NCBI GenBank assembly: GCA_964016885.1
Contig: OZ024740.1
Location: 164,920,001 to 164,984,000, forward strand
DNA from: Eledone cirrhosa
Taxonomy: Eukaryota
Direction: 5' to 3'
DNA: 64,000 nucleotides
Numbering within the stretch: the first letter of the stretch is position 1; each line of letters opens with the position of its first letter. Positions 42,875 to 57,634 of the stretch are shown piece after piece. Made by a program: the position numbers and the translations under genes. The notes below the pieces were generated by a model. It ran no database searches and was not told the DNA's origin. It was given only the letters and a program-made list of their open reading frames with translations.

Positions 42875-43721
42875 AGGGAGACATGATATGAAGTTTAAAA
42901 AACACTTGTGAATAGTTCAGTTTTAAATCAACATATGAAAAGTAGTTTTAGATTGATGTGTGATATTGGGAAAAAAATGAGGGGGTGTGTGTGTGAAAAA
43001 GAGTAGGAGATGAGAGTAAAGAATGGAGGGGGAGGATGAGATAGGAGGAGAGATGGGGGATAGAGAGAGAGAGATAGCTTTTATAACTGAGAAAAATATA
43101 TTGTTTTACAGAGTTAAAAAACCGTTGGAAGATAATATATAAATTAAAAGAATTTGAAAATTAACGAAGAGAAAAATTTAAGAATAATGTTAAATTAAGG
43201 TTTGTATATTGAAGGGTTTAATAATATGTGCGATGAAAAGAAATTGTTAATATGTATTAAGAATAATATTAAGTTAAGGTTTGAATATTGAAGGGTTTAA
43301 TAATATGTGCGATGGAAAGAAATTGTTGATATGTATTATTAAAAAAATAAAAATAGTAATGTAATTAAGGATATATTGTGAAAAGAAGTAGAGGAGTGGA
43401 AGAATTATGAATTTACAGGAATTAGTTAGTATTTAAGTTTGTTTTTATGTAATGTAATATGTATGTGTAATATATGTTGTTTACAAATGAGCGCAGAAAG
43501 CAAAGAAGGAGATAGTGTTTAAGGAGAGGACCTTAACATCAAAATATGTATGTTTATGAAGTATTTCCTAATGGTAATAAAGGATATTAGTTAGGGTTTA
43601 AGTTTGTTTTTATGTGTTGTGATGTGTAATATGTAGAAGTTAGACGATCATGAAAGGGAGAAAAAATAATGAATTGAGGATGAATAATCTAACGTACTAC
43701 AATAAAACTCATCTCCTACAA

Positions 43722-43755
<34 letters not shown>

Positions 43756-43778
43756 TCACACAAACGCCATGCCCTCTC

Positions 43779-43821
<43 letters not shown>

Positions 43822-43864
43822 CCAATTCCACTCGTCCCTTCAATCTATCTTATTTTTCAGTCTT

Positions 43865-43900
43865 TCTTCTGATGAATGACTAGCGTCCGAAACGTTAAGA
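43865..43900 (+). ncRNA. Minimal hammerhead motif in a short PLE-like 3' end
   Basis: UCUU-CUGAUGA-AU-GAC-UAGC-GUC-C-GAAA-CG-UU-AAGA. Confidence 0.65.
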
Positions 43901-43982
43901 CCCTCTTCCTGGTATTTTAGGCGTTAACCTAATATATTCCTTCCATATACTGTACCGATTGTGTTGTTATTTCTGTTTAGTC

Positions 43983-44716
<734 letters not shown>

Positions 44717-45046
44717 ATATATATTAATAAGCGTAAATAGTGAGACTGGTTACTTTGGAGTTTTGCCTCCAGAGCAACAAGAATCTAATAGCTTTTGTAT
44801 TTGTTTTGCAAGTATTTTAATCTGAAAGCGTGTGTTGAAACATTGTTTGTATATTTTATTGACAGCATGACCCTACCGAATTATAACGATATATATACGT
44901 ATGCAAGATCTATGTATATACCAATTAAGATATGTGACCAAATACTATAATTTATGAATACTATAATTTAATTTACAATTGTTTCACCCTTGGTACTCAC
45001 CGGAATTAATCAATATATAAATAAATAACTCTACAAATTCATGTTT

Positions 45047-45490
45047 TCATGGCATATTGATGTCTCTCATAATTACTATTTTACCAGGAGGGTACTGTCG
45101 TATAAAACACTTAATGCTGTTGAGGAATTCTTTGAAGCACAGTATTGTCGTTTGGGGTGGCCTATGGAGCCCAAGTACTATCAAATCATCTTCTTTGTTG
45201 TGTACGGTGACTGATTCACTGTAACCATTTAAGAATATATTATTTCCGCCTGCCATAAAAGAATCATGCAGGAAAATGACAGTTCCTTCTGCCGACACGA
45301 TCCACACGAATGGTTGTACAATTTCTTAATGTTCACTTCGGCTTTCAGGTGCGAGTCGTCGAGATGGGTTTCAGTTAGAATGAAGAAAGGGATGTTGTGT
45401 AGATGTTTGTCAATGAATTTGACCTTCTATCATCGTGCACTGTCTGAAGGGCTGACACCTTATGCATTGAGTATAAATGTTAAAGCTAAT
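45047..45490 (-). mobile_element. Decayed APE-endonuclease-like fragment
   Basis: Remnants LTETHL, IVLGLHRPP and IVIMRDINM resemble APE motifs (TETW, YRPP, GDFN). Parent element unclear. Confidence 0.45.
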
Positions 45491-47749
45491 GTACTGGCTG
45501 GATTTGACTGCTTCATAGGGCTTGTTTTTGCTTGTTAGTGACAGCAGAGGTTGGCGTTGTGTCATAGTTAGAAGGTTTGTTTAAATCTATTTTGCCAGGT
45601 TCATCATGGCTAAAAAACAGTTTTCTTAATTAGGGAGAAGTTGCTGACTAAAGGTGTGGTTACACTGGATAAGGTTATAGTTTACACTTTTGGTTGTGTT
45701 TTATTACCTTCGTGAAAAGTTTGAACCAACATTATTGCAGCAGGGGATGATTTTACAGCGGGTTATTTGTTAGCTTAAAGTCCCATTTCTGTTTGTGCAT
45801 CGAATCTCAGGAATATGAATGAAGGGACAGGCCCGCTGCAGACATAATCTCTCGCGTTGGCATTACCGGCAGATCTTAGGATTCTGGGTTACATTTGATT
45901 TAGCGCTTCGTGTTATTGAACTTATTGTGGAATGTGTGCTTTGGCTTTGGTTGGTAGTGTACATATGAATTGTGTGTCATGTCCGGAAGATGCGTGAGGA
46001 TACAATCACAGCGTGTAGAGGGCCTCTGGTATAATGAATGATACCATATTTCGGGTTTCTGTATTTGTGCTCTGTTATGCTGCTTCGAAAATTTTGACAG
46101 ATGTTTCGTAGTACTGATTGGACTGAGGTAGAGATGTAGAGGAAGAAAGCAGTGGTTTATTATTAGTTGAGTTGGTAGAAATTTTAATACTAATAGCAGT
46201 AGATGAGGATGATGATGATGACAACTGTGATGGTTGCTGCGGTTGGTCTCTTGACCTATTTAGTGAATTATTCTGAATGTGAAGTACTGGTGACAGTATC
46301 ATACTTTAAGTTTTCTATTGAGCTGAAATTTATGAGTCGCTCTTCCGGTTGTAGTTTTTGTTGTTTCTGTTGCTGTAGACGCTGTTGGTGTTTTTGTGGT
46401 TTTATTGAGTTTGTGGTTGTTGTTGGTGTTGATTCGCTTGACGAATATTTGGAGATAATATATAGCGAACTTTCTCAAAGTTACTCTGAATTAGTCTGAA
46501 TGAGACATCAATACGATTAATTCTGCTTTGTATCTGCTTCACCGACCGGGTATTGAACAGCTGGGCTGTTTTTCAGTAATATCATTCAGATATGAAGCGT
46601 CTTATGAGAAGATCGATTTCATTCTCAGACTAATTTCGTTTGTTCTAATCGTGCTAGTTAATCATTTATTTTGTAATATATTCTCTCTTATGTGTATGAG
46701 TGTGTAAATTCTGGGATATTTGAAGTTATGCAAGTGAATATAAGAATTTGTGCAGAAATTGAAAATTTGCAGTTAAATGTTTGTGAGTTACAAAACATAT
46801 TTCCAAGTCTGTCAGAAAAGAGAATGGGTCAGTTAGGCTGTGTAATTTTATATAAATTCGTCTGCGTTTCTATGTCTCCGAATGTGAATGTATGTCCGTA
46901 TGGTTACGTTCGTGTGCGTGCGTTTGTAAATAAGGGAAAATTATTTCAGCCGTTATCTATTAACGTAAAGTTATATATTTACTTGTCATTTTCTTACTTT
47001 TGTTTTAAGCTAGATATTCCGAGTTATTTATTTCTTGCTTATCTTTTTTCTCGTCTTCGCTCTACCACTACCCAACACTTCAATTTACGTTTCTAATATG
47101 AGGGCGGGTCTCATGATTGATATTTGAGGAGATATTCTTAAAGGATAATTATTTTACTGTCAAAAAATATCAAAATACAAACAAACTAAAGCACCAAAAG
47201 CATTCCAAAATGACAAAATACACGCAACATGTTAGGCATTCTCATTAGATAAACGTCTTCCGAATCCCTTAAGTTGTATTTATATTTTTTGTATTTTTCA
47301 TTTCACTGTGTGACTAAAGTAGGGTCCCACCAACCGCGATTTTGTCGCCATATTTTTCCACTTTTTATCTGTCAAACACCCTGATATTTTTGGCCTTATC
47401 GTTTTGTTATTGTTTTCTGTGGCTTATATTTTTGGTTTATATCGAATACTTAAGATAGTATCATGACAAAAGAGTAAAATAAGTATAGATAAATAAAATC
47501 TAGAAGCAAAAGACAAAAAAACAAAACCAACAAACATTGAAAGAATGTTAAGGAGATGTAAAGTGAAACAAAAAAGAAACAGATGCCTCCACCCTTTACA
47601 CCCATCAAAAATATATATAATTGATAAGTGTACAGGGTTATCTTTCTGAACACAGCACCCGCATTTCAAAGGATTAAGGCCATATATATGTATATGTATT
47701 CTCCTGCAATGACAGATTTCTGAACGAGAGCCGTTTTTGTGGCTAAAAT

Positions 47750-47840
<91 letters not shown>

Positions 47841-48213
47841 ACATGAGAATGTATGAATGTATGAAAGTTTCTCCATGACTTGAAGGGAAGTAGTAAATCC
47901 GAGCATTTATATTAAATCAAATGTAGGATTATATATATATATATATAGATCAGATTCTACAGGACTAGAACTGTTTCATTCTTCAGAAATCTGCTATGTA
48001 TTGAGTACCTTACTTACTGTGGTTACCTCCGATTCAAGCCGGAATAACGTATATATATATATAACATAAATACATCAAATAATAATAACAGTGATGGCTT
48101 TATAACATACAGGGAAACTCACACATAACACAGAATATATGGTCATTTATATATAACAATGTAACACCTATTCGATATTTGGTTAGTTCAAAGTGTGCAA
48201 ATGCTCATTTTTG

Positions 48214-48292
<79 letters not shown>

Positions 48293-48386
48293 GGATATCA
48301 TGTCTGATATCATCAGAATCATGCGCCATGAGCTCAAAGATTCCAAGTAGTAAATCCGAGCATTTATATTAAGTCAAATGTAGGAT

Positions 48387-48471
<85 letters not shown>

Positions 48472-48937
48472 AATACATCAAACAATTACAGAGGATGAGT
48501 TGTAAAGAGTGTAAACATACATAGTTACGGGGGTAACATATCAAAACTTAAACTAGAACTTTGAATATAGATACCTTGCAATATTGATTAATCTCCTTTG
48601 TTAATATTCCATTGAATCAATATATTTCATCATTAATCGGTGAATCATAAATGTCAAAACTTGGATCATCGGCAAACGAGAATATTTAACTATTTATGAT
48701 TACACACTTGAAGCAAATCAGCGGATAACGTTGTAAAAGTACGTGTGGTTAAAAAAAGCACACATCGCTCCGCCGTCACGCCAGTGGCGTGAATAGGTTT
48801 ATCGACAGCTCGAAATAACAGCCGATTCCTTTCAACATAATAAGCTCTACTAATGAACCTAGGAGCCGTAAGTAGCACCGTAAGATAGAGCCGTAAATAG
48901 CTTGATTTTATATATATATAATAAAATATTATAGTTT

Positions 48938-48991
<54 letters not shown>

Positions 48992-49196
48992 TCTTCCCCT
49001 TTGCTTTCCTTCCCTCCTTCTTATATCCAGTTATTGACGCCCTGGGGTGAAGTATCTTGTCTTTAAAGCGTAGAAATATCCGAGACCCCCAGTAGAAAAC
49101 TGATAAAGAACCCCCCCCCCCCCATTCTTGGTTACTTCGTATTCACACTGCATTTTAAGTTACCTTAAATAGCAACTACACAGCCATTTCTATTCT

Positions 49197-49277
<81 letters not shown>

Positions 49278-52200
49278 TGTTCATGTTTATTTCAGCTTTT
49301 CCTGTTCGGTGTGTTTTAAATATTTACTAAATTATAAGATGCGTATGTATCAGATCATTAGAAACTACCGACAGGAAAACTTATCCAAAACTCTATTAAT
49401 TTATGTGCAATCTGATAAAAAAAAAAGTATGTTATATTTCTATATAATAATATAATAACTTATGCCCACAGCTATGATCAAGCCTTTTCATTTTTGCGTT
49501 ATTTTGGGAATATCAGACTGATAGCTCTACAATTTTGAAACTGACACGTTTTCAACATCAAAATTGTTTATGCCCCACCAACAAACTCCACGCCTGCATA
49601 CGTGCACGGAAACTGAAACTACATGTGTGTGTGTGTGTTTATGTATGTTTACGCGTGCTATGTCAAGTAAAAGGTAAAGTTCTATCAGTACATATACAGA
49701 ATAGAGGTAGCCAAGACTATATGCGTATATGTATATTTATGTATCGGTATGTTTACATCTCTACATTCTAAAGGATGTGTACATTTTTATATAATTTTAT
49801 GCAGTCTTGGTTACCTCAGTCTATATATTTATAAATATAACTTTATTATAAATAATGTGTGTGCCTGTGTGTGTATGTATGTGTGCGTGTGTGTGTGTGT
49901 AAATAAGCAAATTTGAATGCAGACACATTTAAGTCAAACGCATAATAATCACCGTATGTCTCAACACCTAAATAATACATTCAGAAAACAAAGCCAACAA
50001 TAAATAAATCACACAGGGGATAGGACCATCGAATGCGAATATCTTAACTAATACACTCAGTAAAACAAAGCCAATCACAATTGAATGTATACACTACATA
50101 CAAGACATCATCCATATTTTTGAATTCATACTCCGTAAAGAGAACCTCTATCTCACACTAAATACCAATATGGGGGAGACAGACGTTTGCAAACTGTAGC
50201 TATCATATTACGCAGTTTTGTATAATAATAAATAATAACAAATACTACGATAATTCGAAAAATATAGCTCCTTAAATTGTTGAGCACTTTATGACGCAAA
50301 GGAGAAATGAAGGCATTTACTTTATCGGCAACCCTTGCGACGTCTCCAAATCAAAAGGTCTGGAGTACACCTGACACATCTTCCTACAAGCAACTACTTT
50401 CAGACATATATTAGAAGAACAAATATATCATTTTCAATTACATGTTAAAAAGGAATAAAATCAACGAGAATCTTCTCGTCATCGAGTAAAGTCCCGGCTT
50501 CGGAAGTAACCCTGTGGTGGGGTATACAAATAAATAAAATGAAACCCGAAACATCATCCCACCGAAATCTACGTGGCTTGTTATCGAACACACTATTACA
50601 ACACACCTACTGTTTTTGTACTGAGACTGTGTCAATAACGGAGCTCATTTTATACTTAACTCTTTCATTCAAATACCTGACATATTCACACTATATCAAA
50701 GTAGTCAGTAAATTTTGGATCTATACTATTGCTTGAGGCCATTGTTTCCGAGTATCTTGTGTAAAAAGTATGAATTTTCATGTACATGTATATGTCTTGT
50801 CATTCAATCTTTTTATCATTTCCCCACTTTCCTCTAAACCATTGTTCAATTTTACTTAGATTCTGCCTTAACTGCATTATGGCATTTTCTATGCGTCTTT
50901 CCACCATGGTCCTTTTGTCTTACTCTGCTTAGTGTTGATCAGTCGCATTTGCTCCTCTACAAGCAGTTCAAGAGCTCGGAAAAGATTCATTGTTTGCATC
51001 ATGTCTTCTGTCTGAATCTGTGTTGTATGGCAGTATTTAACTTTTTTGTAACTTCTATTAACATCATCATACCCTTCTCATATTCATTAGAATTCTTTCT
51101 TCTGAGGCAGTCATCAAATACATACGCCATCATCTGTGTAACTACGCGACACATCATCCAAGTAATTGAGTTGTTGTGGATGTTTCTATGTTTGTTGTGT
51201 CAGTTGTGCCTGCGTTTTCTGTTCTTTGTGTGTACGATGCCGGATGTTTTTAATTGTGTCTTTGTTTTCGTTTTGTGTGTGTGTGTGTGTGTGTATTTGG
51301 GGTTCCCCTCATATTTACTACGAGATGAAGAGGTCCTGTTGTCTCGTTTGGATGTTAGTGTTTGTGTGGTTGTCTATGTGTGGGTGTGTTTTCTGTTTCG
51401 AGGAGACATATAGAGAGAAGGAGAGGGAGAGATTTATTCACGGATTCCTTGAGTGGTTTTGTTCGAGTCGGTTATTGTATTGTTGTTGTTGGTCGTGATG
51501 GTTGTTCAGATACTTCTGTTGGTGGTATTGAGGTGTATATAAATATATAGTTAGATAGATATAGGTACCTGTTGTGTATACTTTTGTAACATACATATAT
51601 ACATACAAAAACACAAAAGTACGCTTACTTGTTCGATTTTCGTAGCACTCCCAGTCGTTTTGCGTCCGTCTCTAGAGGTATTTACCTGATTTTTATAAGT
51701 CATTTCATAGCAACGGTAAGTATTTGTAGTTATTTTGCGCGTCTGAGCTTTCTAGAAATCTATTTCATTGGTGCTTAGTAAGCTAGTTAATGTGTGTGCG
51801 TATGCGTTTGTGTGTATTTGTGGATGAGTGTTTGTATGTGCAAAATTTATAAGTAAACATCTGTGGATAAGTTGTCTCTGTTTATATTCGTTAGCATGTG
51901 GCTGCGTTGTTTCATTTTCGATTAATTTCAAAATATCTTCTCATTTCTCTTTAATTACAACCAAGGATTAAATAAATAATTGAATTTCGAAAATTATTCA
52001 AACATCTGTCAGGAGAAGAAAAGGATGAAATATTCTAAATCCAACTAAAATTATAAATATAATAGTTGCTAAGCAAAACAAAAAAAAAAACAGAAAATAT
52101 TTTAAAAACAAGCATTAGCAGCCACGTTTATTTTAGTTTCAGAAAAGAAATCGTAATGTTTTCAAAGATGATTTGATTACAATAATAATGTGTGTTTATG

Positions 52201-52521
52201 TATATATGTTTGTATGTATGTTCTTCTGGTTTTATAATTTCACAAATGTTTGCCAGTAGCGAGAGAGTCTGTTTGTAATATACACTCACGACTCTCTCAT
52301 TGGAATTTACACAACATCAACTAAGTAGATATATCTGCATGCATGTGTAGATATGGATGTCATTGTATGTGTGGATATGGATGTCATTGTATGTGTGGAT
52401 ATGGATGTTTTGAGTTGTATGTGTGCATGTGTATATGCTTAGTATCTGTACCTGTTATTAACTGCGAAATGTTTATGTATGTATGTATGTATGTATGTAT
52501 GTTTGTATGTGTGTATGTATG

Positions 52522-52563
<42 letters not shown>

Positions 52564-52695
52564 TGTATAAGTGTATGTGTGTATGTATGTATATTTGTAT
52601 ATACGTACGCATATATATGCATGTATATATGTGTATGTGTGTTTGTTTGTCTATGTATGTACATGTGTATGTTTGTGTGTATTTATGAATGTATG

Positions 52696-52762
<67 letters not shown>

Positions 52763-52789
52763 TTATATATTGGGGGGATCATGGAGCCA

Positions 52790-53011
52790 GTAATAAACAC
52801 GCACCTGTTGGTTTTCACTACAATTTATTATAGATTTCCGGTTGGATGATTAGTTCGATAACCGGATGGTTGTTTATATATTATCAAAGCTCTTTCGTCA
52901 CATTCTATGACCGCATCTGCGACTGGATTTTTATTTTGTGTGGATCGACCTGATTCTGAAACCACAGGTTCCGAGGAACCAGTGAATCCAGAGTCAGGTC
53001 GATCCACACAC
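52790..53011 (-). repeat. Family B-related pseudo-LTR fragment plus hairpin
   Basis: Similar to 1300-1460 with a decayed hammerhead (~52883-52925). Hairpin TGTGTGGATCGACCTGA/TCAGGTCGATCCACACA at ~52937-53011. Confidence 0.65.
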
Positions 53012-53154
53012 AGATCTCACTTCGAGCTGTTCGCCGGGGAAACAATTGTAACACAATAAATTAAGTTCCAATGCATCACTGATTTTTCGTTTTCCATTCT
53101 ATCTCACCGTAAGAGCATAGAGTGCTCAACTGGAAGCATCTTAGCTACCATTAG

Positions 53155-53228
<74 letters not shown>

Positions 53229-53232
<4 letters not shown>

Positions 53233-53952
53233 ATAAATTAACGGAGCCATAGACTCTCGCTATTTCCTGTCAATAATGTGCTCAAAGGAAAAGGAATCCT
53301 GAGCTCTTTAAAATACAATATGTTGAAAAGGTAACACACTAGAGAGAGTTGTTCCCTGTTTTATTGATGGCGCACTATCTCTCTCTAGTGTGTTACGTTT
53401 TCAACATATTGTATTTTAAAGAGCTTAGGATTTCTTTTCCTTTGAACACATTATTGACAGGGAATAACGAGAGTCTATGGCTCAATTAATTTATCGTAAT
53501 ATTTCGCTCCTTATAACAGTTTCCTCTCTCTCTGTTTGGTTGAGCACACTTCTCTGATTGGTTTTTGGGCTGCCCTTTCTAGCAGCTCGTCCCTCAGATA
53601 CCAGTGGTTCACTGCCCTAAGCACGCTGTGACATCTCTCTCCCGCGTGTAGCTGGGCGGTCGCTTTAGATTCTCTTACAGTTGTCTGAAATGTATAGCCT
53701 TGCACGCGCTGATGAACCATAGACTATTCCATTTCAGTCAACAAGTTCCTGGCGAAACAGATCTCTTTGGATTTGTACGCGTGTATTATATAGTTATAGA
53801 GGTGCGGCGTATATGCATTTTAATTTATATTTTTAATATTGTGTGTCTACCCTGCCTTTTATAGGTTATAGATTCCATTCACTGGTGGTTTACCCCTGTT
53901 TTATTGATGGCGCACTATCTCTCTCTACTGTGTAACCTTTTCAACATATTGC
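53229..53952 (+). mobile_element. Non-coding 540-bp unit with terminal redundancy, an inverted 5' arm and a full hammerhead
   Basis: CCCTGTTTTATTGATGGCGCACTATCTCTCTCTA occurs at 53354 and 53894. Inverted arms ~53229-53349 and ~53380-53500. (TA)n on both sides. Confidence 0.85.
53701..53785 (+). ncRNA. Type I hammerhead with complete stems I and III
   Basis: Stem I UGCACGCG/CGCGUGUA, CUGAUGA, stem II (A)CCA...UGG(C), GAAA, stem III ACAGAUC/GAUUUGU, GUA site. Confidence 0.8.
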
Positions 53953-54003
<51 letters not shown>

Positions 54004-54006
54004 AGC

Positions 54007-54788
54007 GAGAATCGTATTTCGGCTGGTAGAAAAAGCGAAACGAAACGCAAAAAATCGTAGAAATGCTGGCAAGCGCTCCAATAGTTAAGAAAACTAGAGC
54101 TAAACAATATGTTATAACGCCAAACAAACTGAAAAGTTGTCAAGAACGCATTAACAACCTAAGCCTCCAAAACAAGTCAAGCTAAACGGGTCAAACAAAA
54201 TATATGATAAAAACAGACCTGGACCCAAGTGGTATTGATGGTAAAATCCAAATGCAGGGTTTCTATGACACCTAAATCAATAATACTGTCTGCTAAAAAC
54301 TATCAACTTTCAGCATAAAGATCGAACAAGGAATATCATGTTATCAACAGGTATTTTGCTCTTTAACCAACTTTGTGAGTGACGCAGAACCTTGTAAAGG
54401 CACATGTGTAAATCACAAGGGGAAATTCCCCAGATTTTGGCACTTGAATTCAGTATGTGTATATCATACAAAAAATTGCGTAGATAGCAAAAATCGAATA
54501 AGCGCTCAGCTGGGTAGTTTTAAAAATAAACTTATGCAATTAATCTGTCAATAGATTTATTAACAGGTTAATTGTAAGACTCGGGAGATTAATATAAATA
54601 TATATTCAGTGAGAATCGTATTTCGGCTGGTAGAAAAAGAGAAACGAATGGCAAAATCTTATAAATGCTGGCAAGCGCTCCAATAGTTAAGAAAACTAGA
54701 GCTAAACAATATGTTAAAACGCCATACACAATAGTGGTCAAGAAGGCATTAACCACCTAAGCCAAAAAACAAGTCAAGCTAAACAGGT

Positions 54789-54790
<2 letters not shown>
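54007..54790. repeat. Terminally redundant unit, ~604-bp period, between (TA)n tracts
   Basis: GAGAATCGTATTTCGGCTGGTAGAAAAAG...AAGTCAAGCTAAAC at 54007-54186 and 54611-54784. Confidence 0.85.
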
Positions 54791-54820
<30 letters not shown>

Positions 54821-54825
<5 letters not shown>

Positions 54826-55678
54826 AAAGTTTGTCCTTCATCAGTGATCTTCCAACTATCATAGGTGTATTTCATCGCTTTAAAGACCATATACCTCCGG
54901 TTGGTGCGAGCAACGGCTAAAAAAAGTCGTTGGGACACGTAAATAAAGGGGACGCGAGGGTAAACAAACAAAATGGTGAGGCAAGAGAAAGTGAGGAATA
55001 AGGAGACAAGTCCCAGATTTCTATGAATTTAAGTTCGGTGAAATCGTGAACGAGAGAATAAAGACCATCAAACCTGGTTGAAATGTGAGCAAGAAAGGAA
55101 TTTCGCATAGGTCTAACGGGAGGAAGAAGGGGTCTGGTCTGCGAATTCGGTAAACATAAGTTCTGTGAAATCGTGGACGAGAGAGAAAAAATTCCGACCA
55201 GCTTGGCCGAGAATGTGAGAGAAAAGAGTTACTCACAGGTCAAACGGGAAGAAAGAGGAGGAGGAGGAGAGGTAGTGACAGAGAATGAGTGAGTGAAGGG
55301 TGAGGTGAGGAAGAGGCTAACAGAGAGAGAGAGAGAGACTGCTAGAAAGGGTAAAGATATATAGAACGAAAAAGACGGTGTAGCAGCAGAGAAAAAAATA
55401 TGTGTAAATATGATAATAAGGGCGCTGCGGAGTTGCAAATGGGTTATATATGAAAAAAGTTTGTCCTTCATCAGTGATCTTCCAACTATCATAGGTATTT
55501 CATCGCTTTAAAGACCATATACCTCCGGTTGGTGCGAGCAACGGCTAAAAAAAGTCGTTGGGACACGTAAATAAAGGGGACGCGAGGGTAAACAAATAAA
55601 ATGGTGAGGCAACAGAAAGTGAGGAATAAGGAGACAAGTCCCAGATTTCTATGAATTTAAGTTCGGTGAAATCGTGAA
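54821..55678 (-). repeat. Terminally redundant unit, 630-bp period, with a decayed hammerhead
   Basis: About 228-bp direct repeat starting at 54821 and 55451. Minus strand GAUCA-CUGAUGA-AGGA...UCC-GCAG...UA-UUAUC at ~55412-55479. Confidence 0.8.
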
Positions 55679-55679
55679 A

Positions 55680-56500
55680 AGAATTACTATATCTACCAAC
55701 ATATATATACAGATGCATACCTATGCTAGCAAATATATAGGTTTTGTCTTAGTAACTTTGTGGTTCAATGCAAGGGGATGCAGAACAATTATATGAAAGA
55801 CGTAAAATAAGAAAATTATATAAATTAACTTAGCTGAGAACAGACTTCCTGATGACGAAACGGCTTCTCCATGCTCTCCATTTGGAAACCATGTTTATTC
55901 CCTTTCAGAAACTAATTAGTTGGAGTGTAATTTTAGTAAGTAAGTTAATTTTTATAATTTTCTTATTTTACGTCTTTCATATAATTGTTCTTCATCCCCT
56001 TGCATTGAAACACAAAGTTACTAAGACAAAACCTATATATTTGCTAGCATATGTATGCATCTGTACATATATGTTGGTAGATATACTAATTATTTATATT
56101 TATCTCCAAATTATTTTGTTGAGCAAACATTTGCCAAAACTGCTACTATAGTTCATAGTAATGGCTCGGCTACTGTCTTTTTAACACCCCACTCCTCACT
56201 GATTAACCTCGAAGTCACGTGATTGATTCTTTTGAATTTGCCACCGACCAAGTAGGCAGTGATTTTTTCTATGTCTTGGAATTTAGTCCACGTTTGCTTT
56301 TTCCCATCCACTGAATTATTTTTGTATAGGTTCCCTGTGTCCACGTATCGCCTGGTAACTTAGCTGAGAACAGACTTCCTGATGACGAAACGGCTTCTCC
56401 ATGCTTTCCATTTGGAAACCATGTTTATTCCCTTTCAGAAACTAATCAGTTGGAGTGAAATTTTAGTAAGTTAATTTTTATAATTTTCTTATTTTACGTT

Positions 56501-56505
<5 letters not shown>
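55680..56505 (+). mobile_element. Retrozyme-like unit with two hammerheads 530 nt apart plus an inverted arm
   Basis: Direct repeat ~55826-55985 / ~56357-56505. Inverted arms ~55685-55832 / ~55941-56088. Hammerheads at 55844-55926 and 56374-56456. Confidence 0.8.
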
Positions 56506-56547
<42 letters not shown>

Positions 56548-57434
56548 TATTAAATTGTTAAACAATATTCGATGATTATGTCAAAGAATGATTTTTACAG
56601 TAGAATGGAAGCACTCAACGGTGTGTATAATAAAATGTAATTGATCAAACGAACATCTATTTTATTAATACTTATATTTTAATATATTAGGTACATATAA
56701 ATACATATGATGATTTCCTTCGAATGCAACAGTTCTAGACTTGTAGGAGCCATTTCAATATTAAATTTGTCATATATATGTTTGAAATTTTTCTATATTT
56801 CTATTTATATATAGTTTTTTGAATATATATTATTTTTGAATATATATTATTAATTGCTACACCTTAAATGTTGAGTTGATAGACGCTTTTAAATTGACTG
56901 CTATTTCTAGTAAAAAATTTATACGTGTCACCGTATCCGTTTTGAACAGTTTGCCTTGTTGTTAATTCTGCGCATGCGTGTGTTACTTGCGTACCACGCA
57001 TGATTATTTCGAGCATACATGCACGAAAACAAATAAATATATCTTACCGCTCTTAACGTTCGGAACAGAAATTTCCTCTCTGATATCCAAGGAAATTTCT
57101 GGCAGTAATTAGCTATCAGAATTAATTGAAATGGCTAATTCTGTTATTTTAATTTTTGAAACTTCAGTTAGGGGAAAATATTCGTTAATCGCTAAGGATT
57201 TAGATTGATCGACAAGAATGTTTGCCTTTGGGAATTCACTAGTGAGGTTTCTTTATTTTAGCGTGCTTTACTGCGATCTTCCTTTTAGTCAATTCTGAGT
57301 CTTATTTGAGATGGTTCTATATTTGTATTTATAAGCTTCTTTGAATTATGTTCTAAGCGATATTATTCATTGAGATGTAATGTATATTACTGACTAAATT
57401 TTAAATGTATGTATGTATAGATAGATATATAGAT

Positions 57435-57514
<80 letters not shown>

Positions 57515-57601
57515 TTTTTAGGGTATCATGATAATTCCGTTGTAATAAATCCGTTATAAGCTTTTAAGTGTAAGCAACATTCAGCGCCCGACGATATCAT
57601 A

Positions 57602-57634
<33 letters not shown>

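Noticed and set aside
47890-48482. ~455-bp-spaced duplication (GTAGTAAATCCGAGCATTTATATTAA) as another retrozyme-like unit
   Set aside because: No ribozyme motif was found and it is interrupted by other repeats; a local tandem duplication is sufficient.
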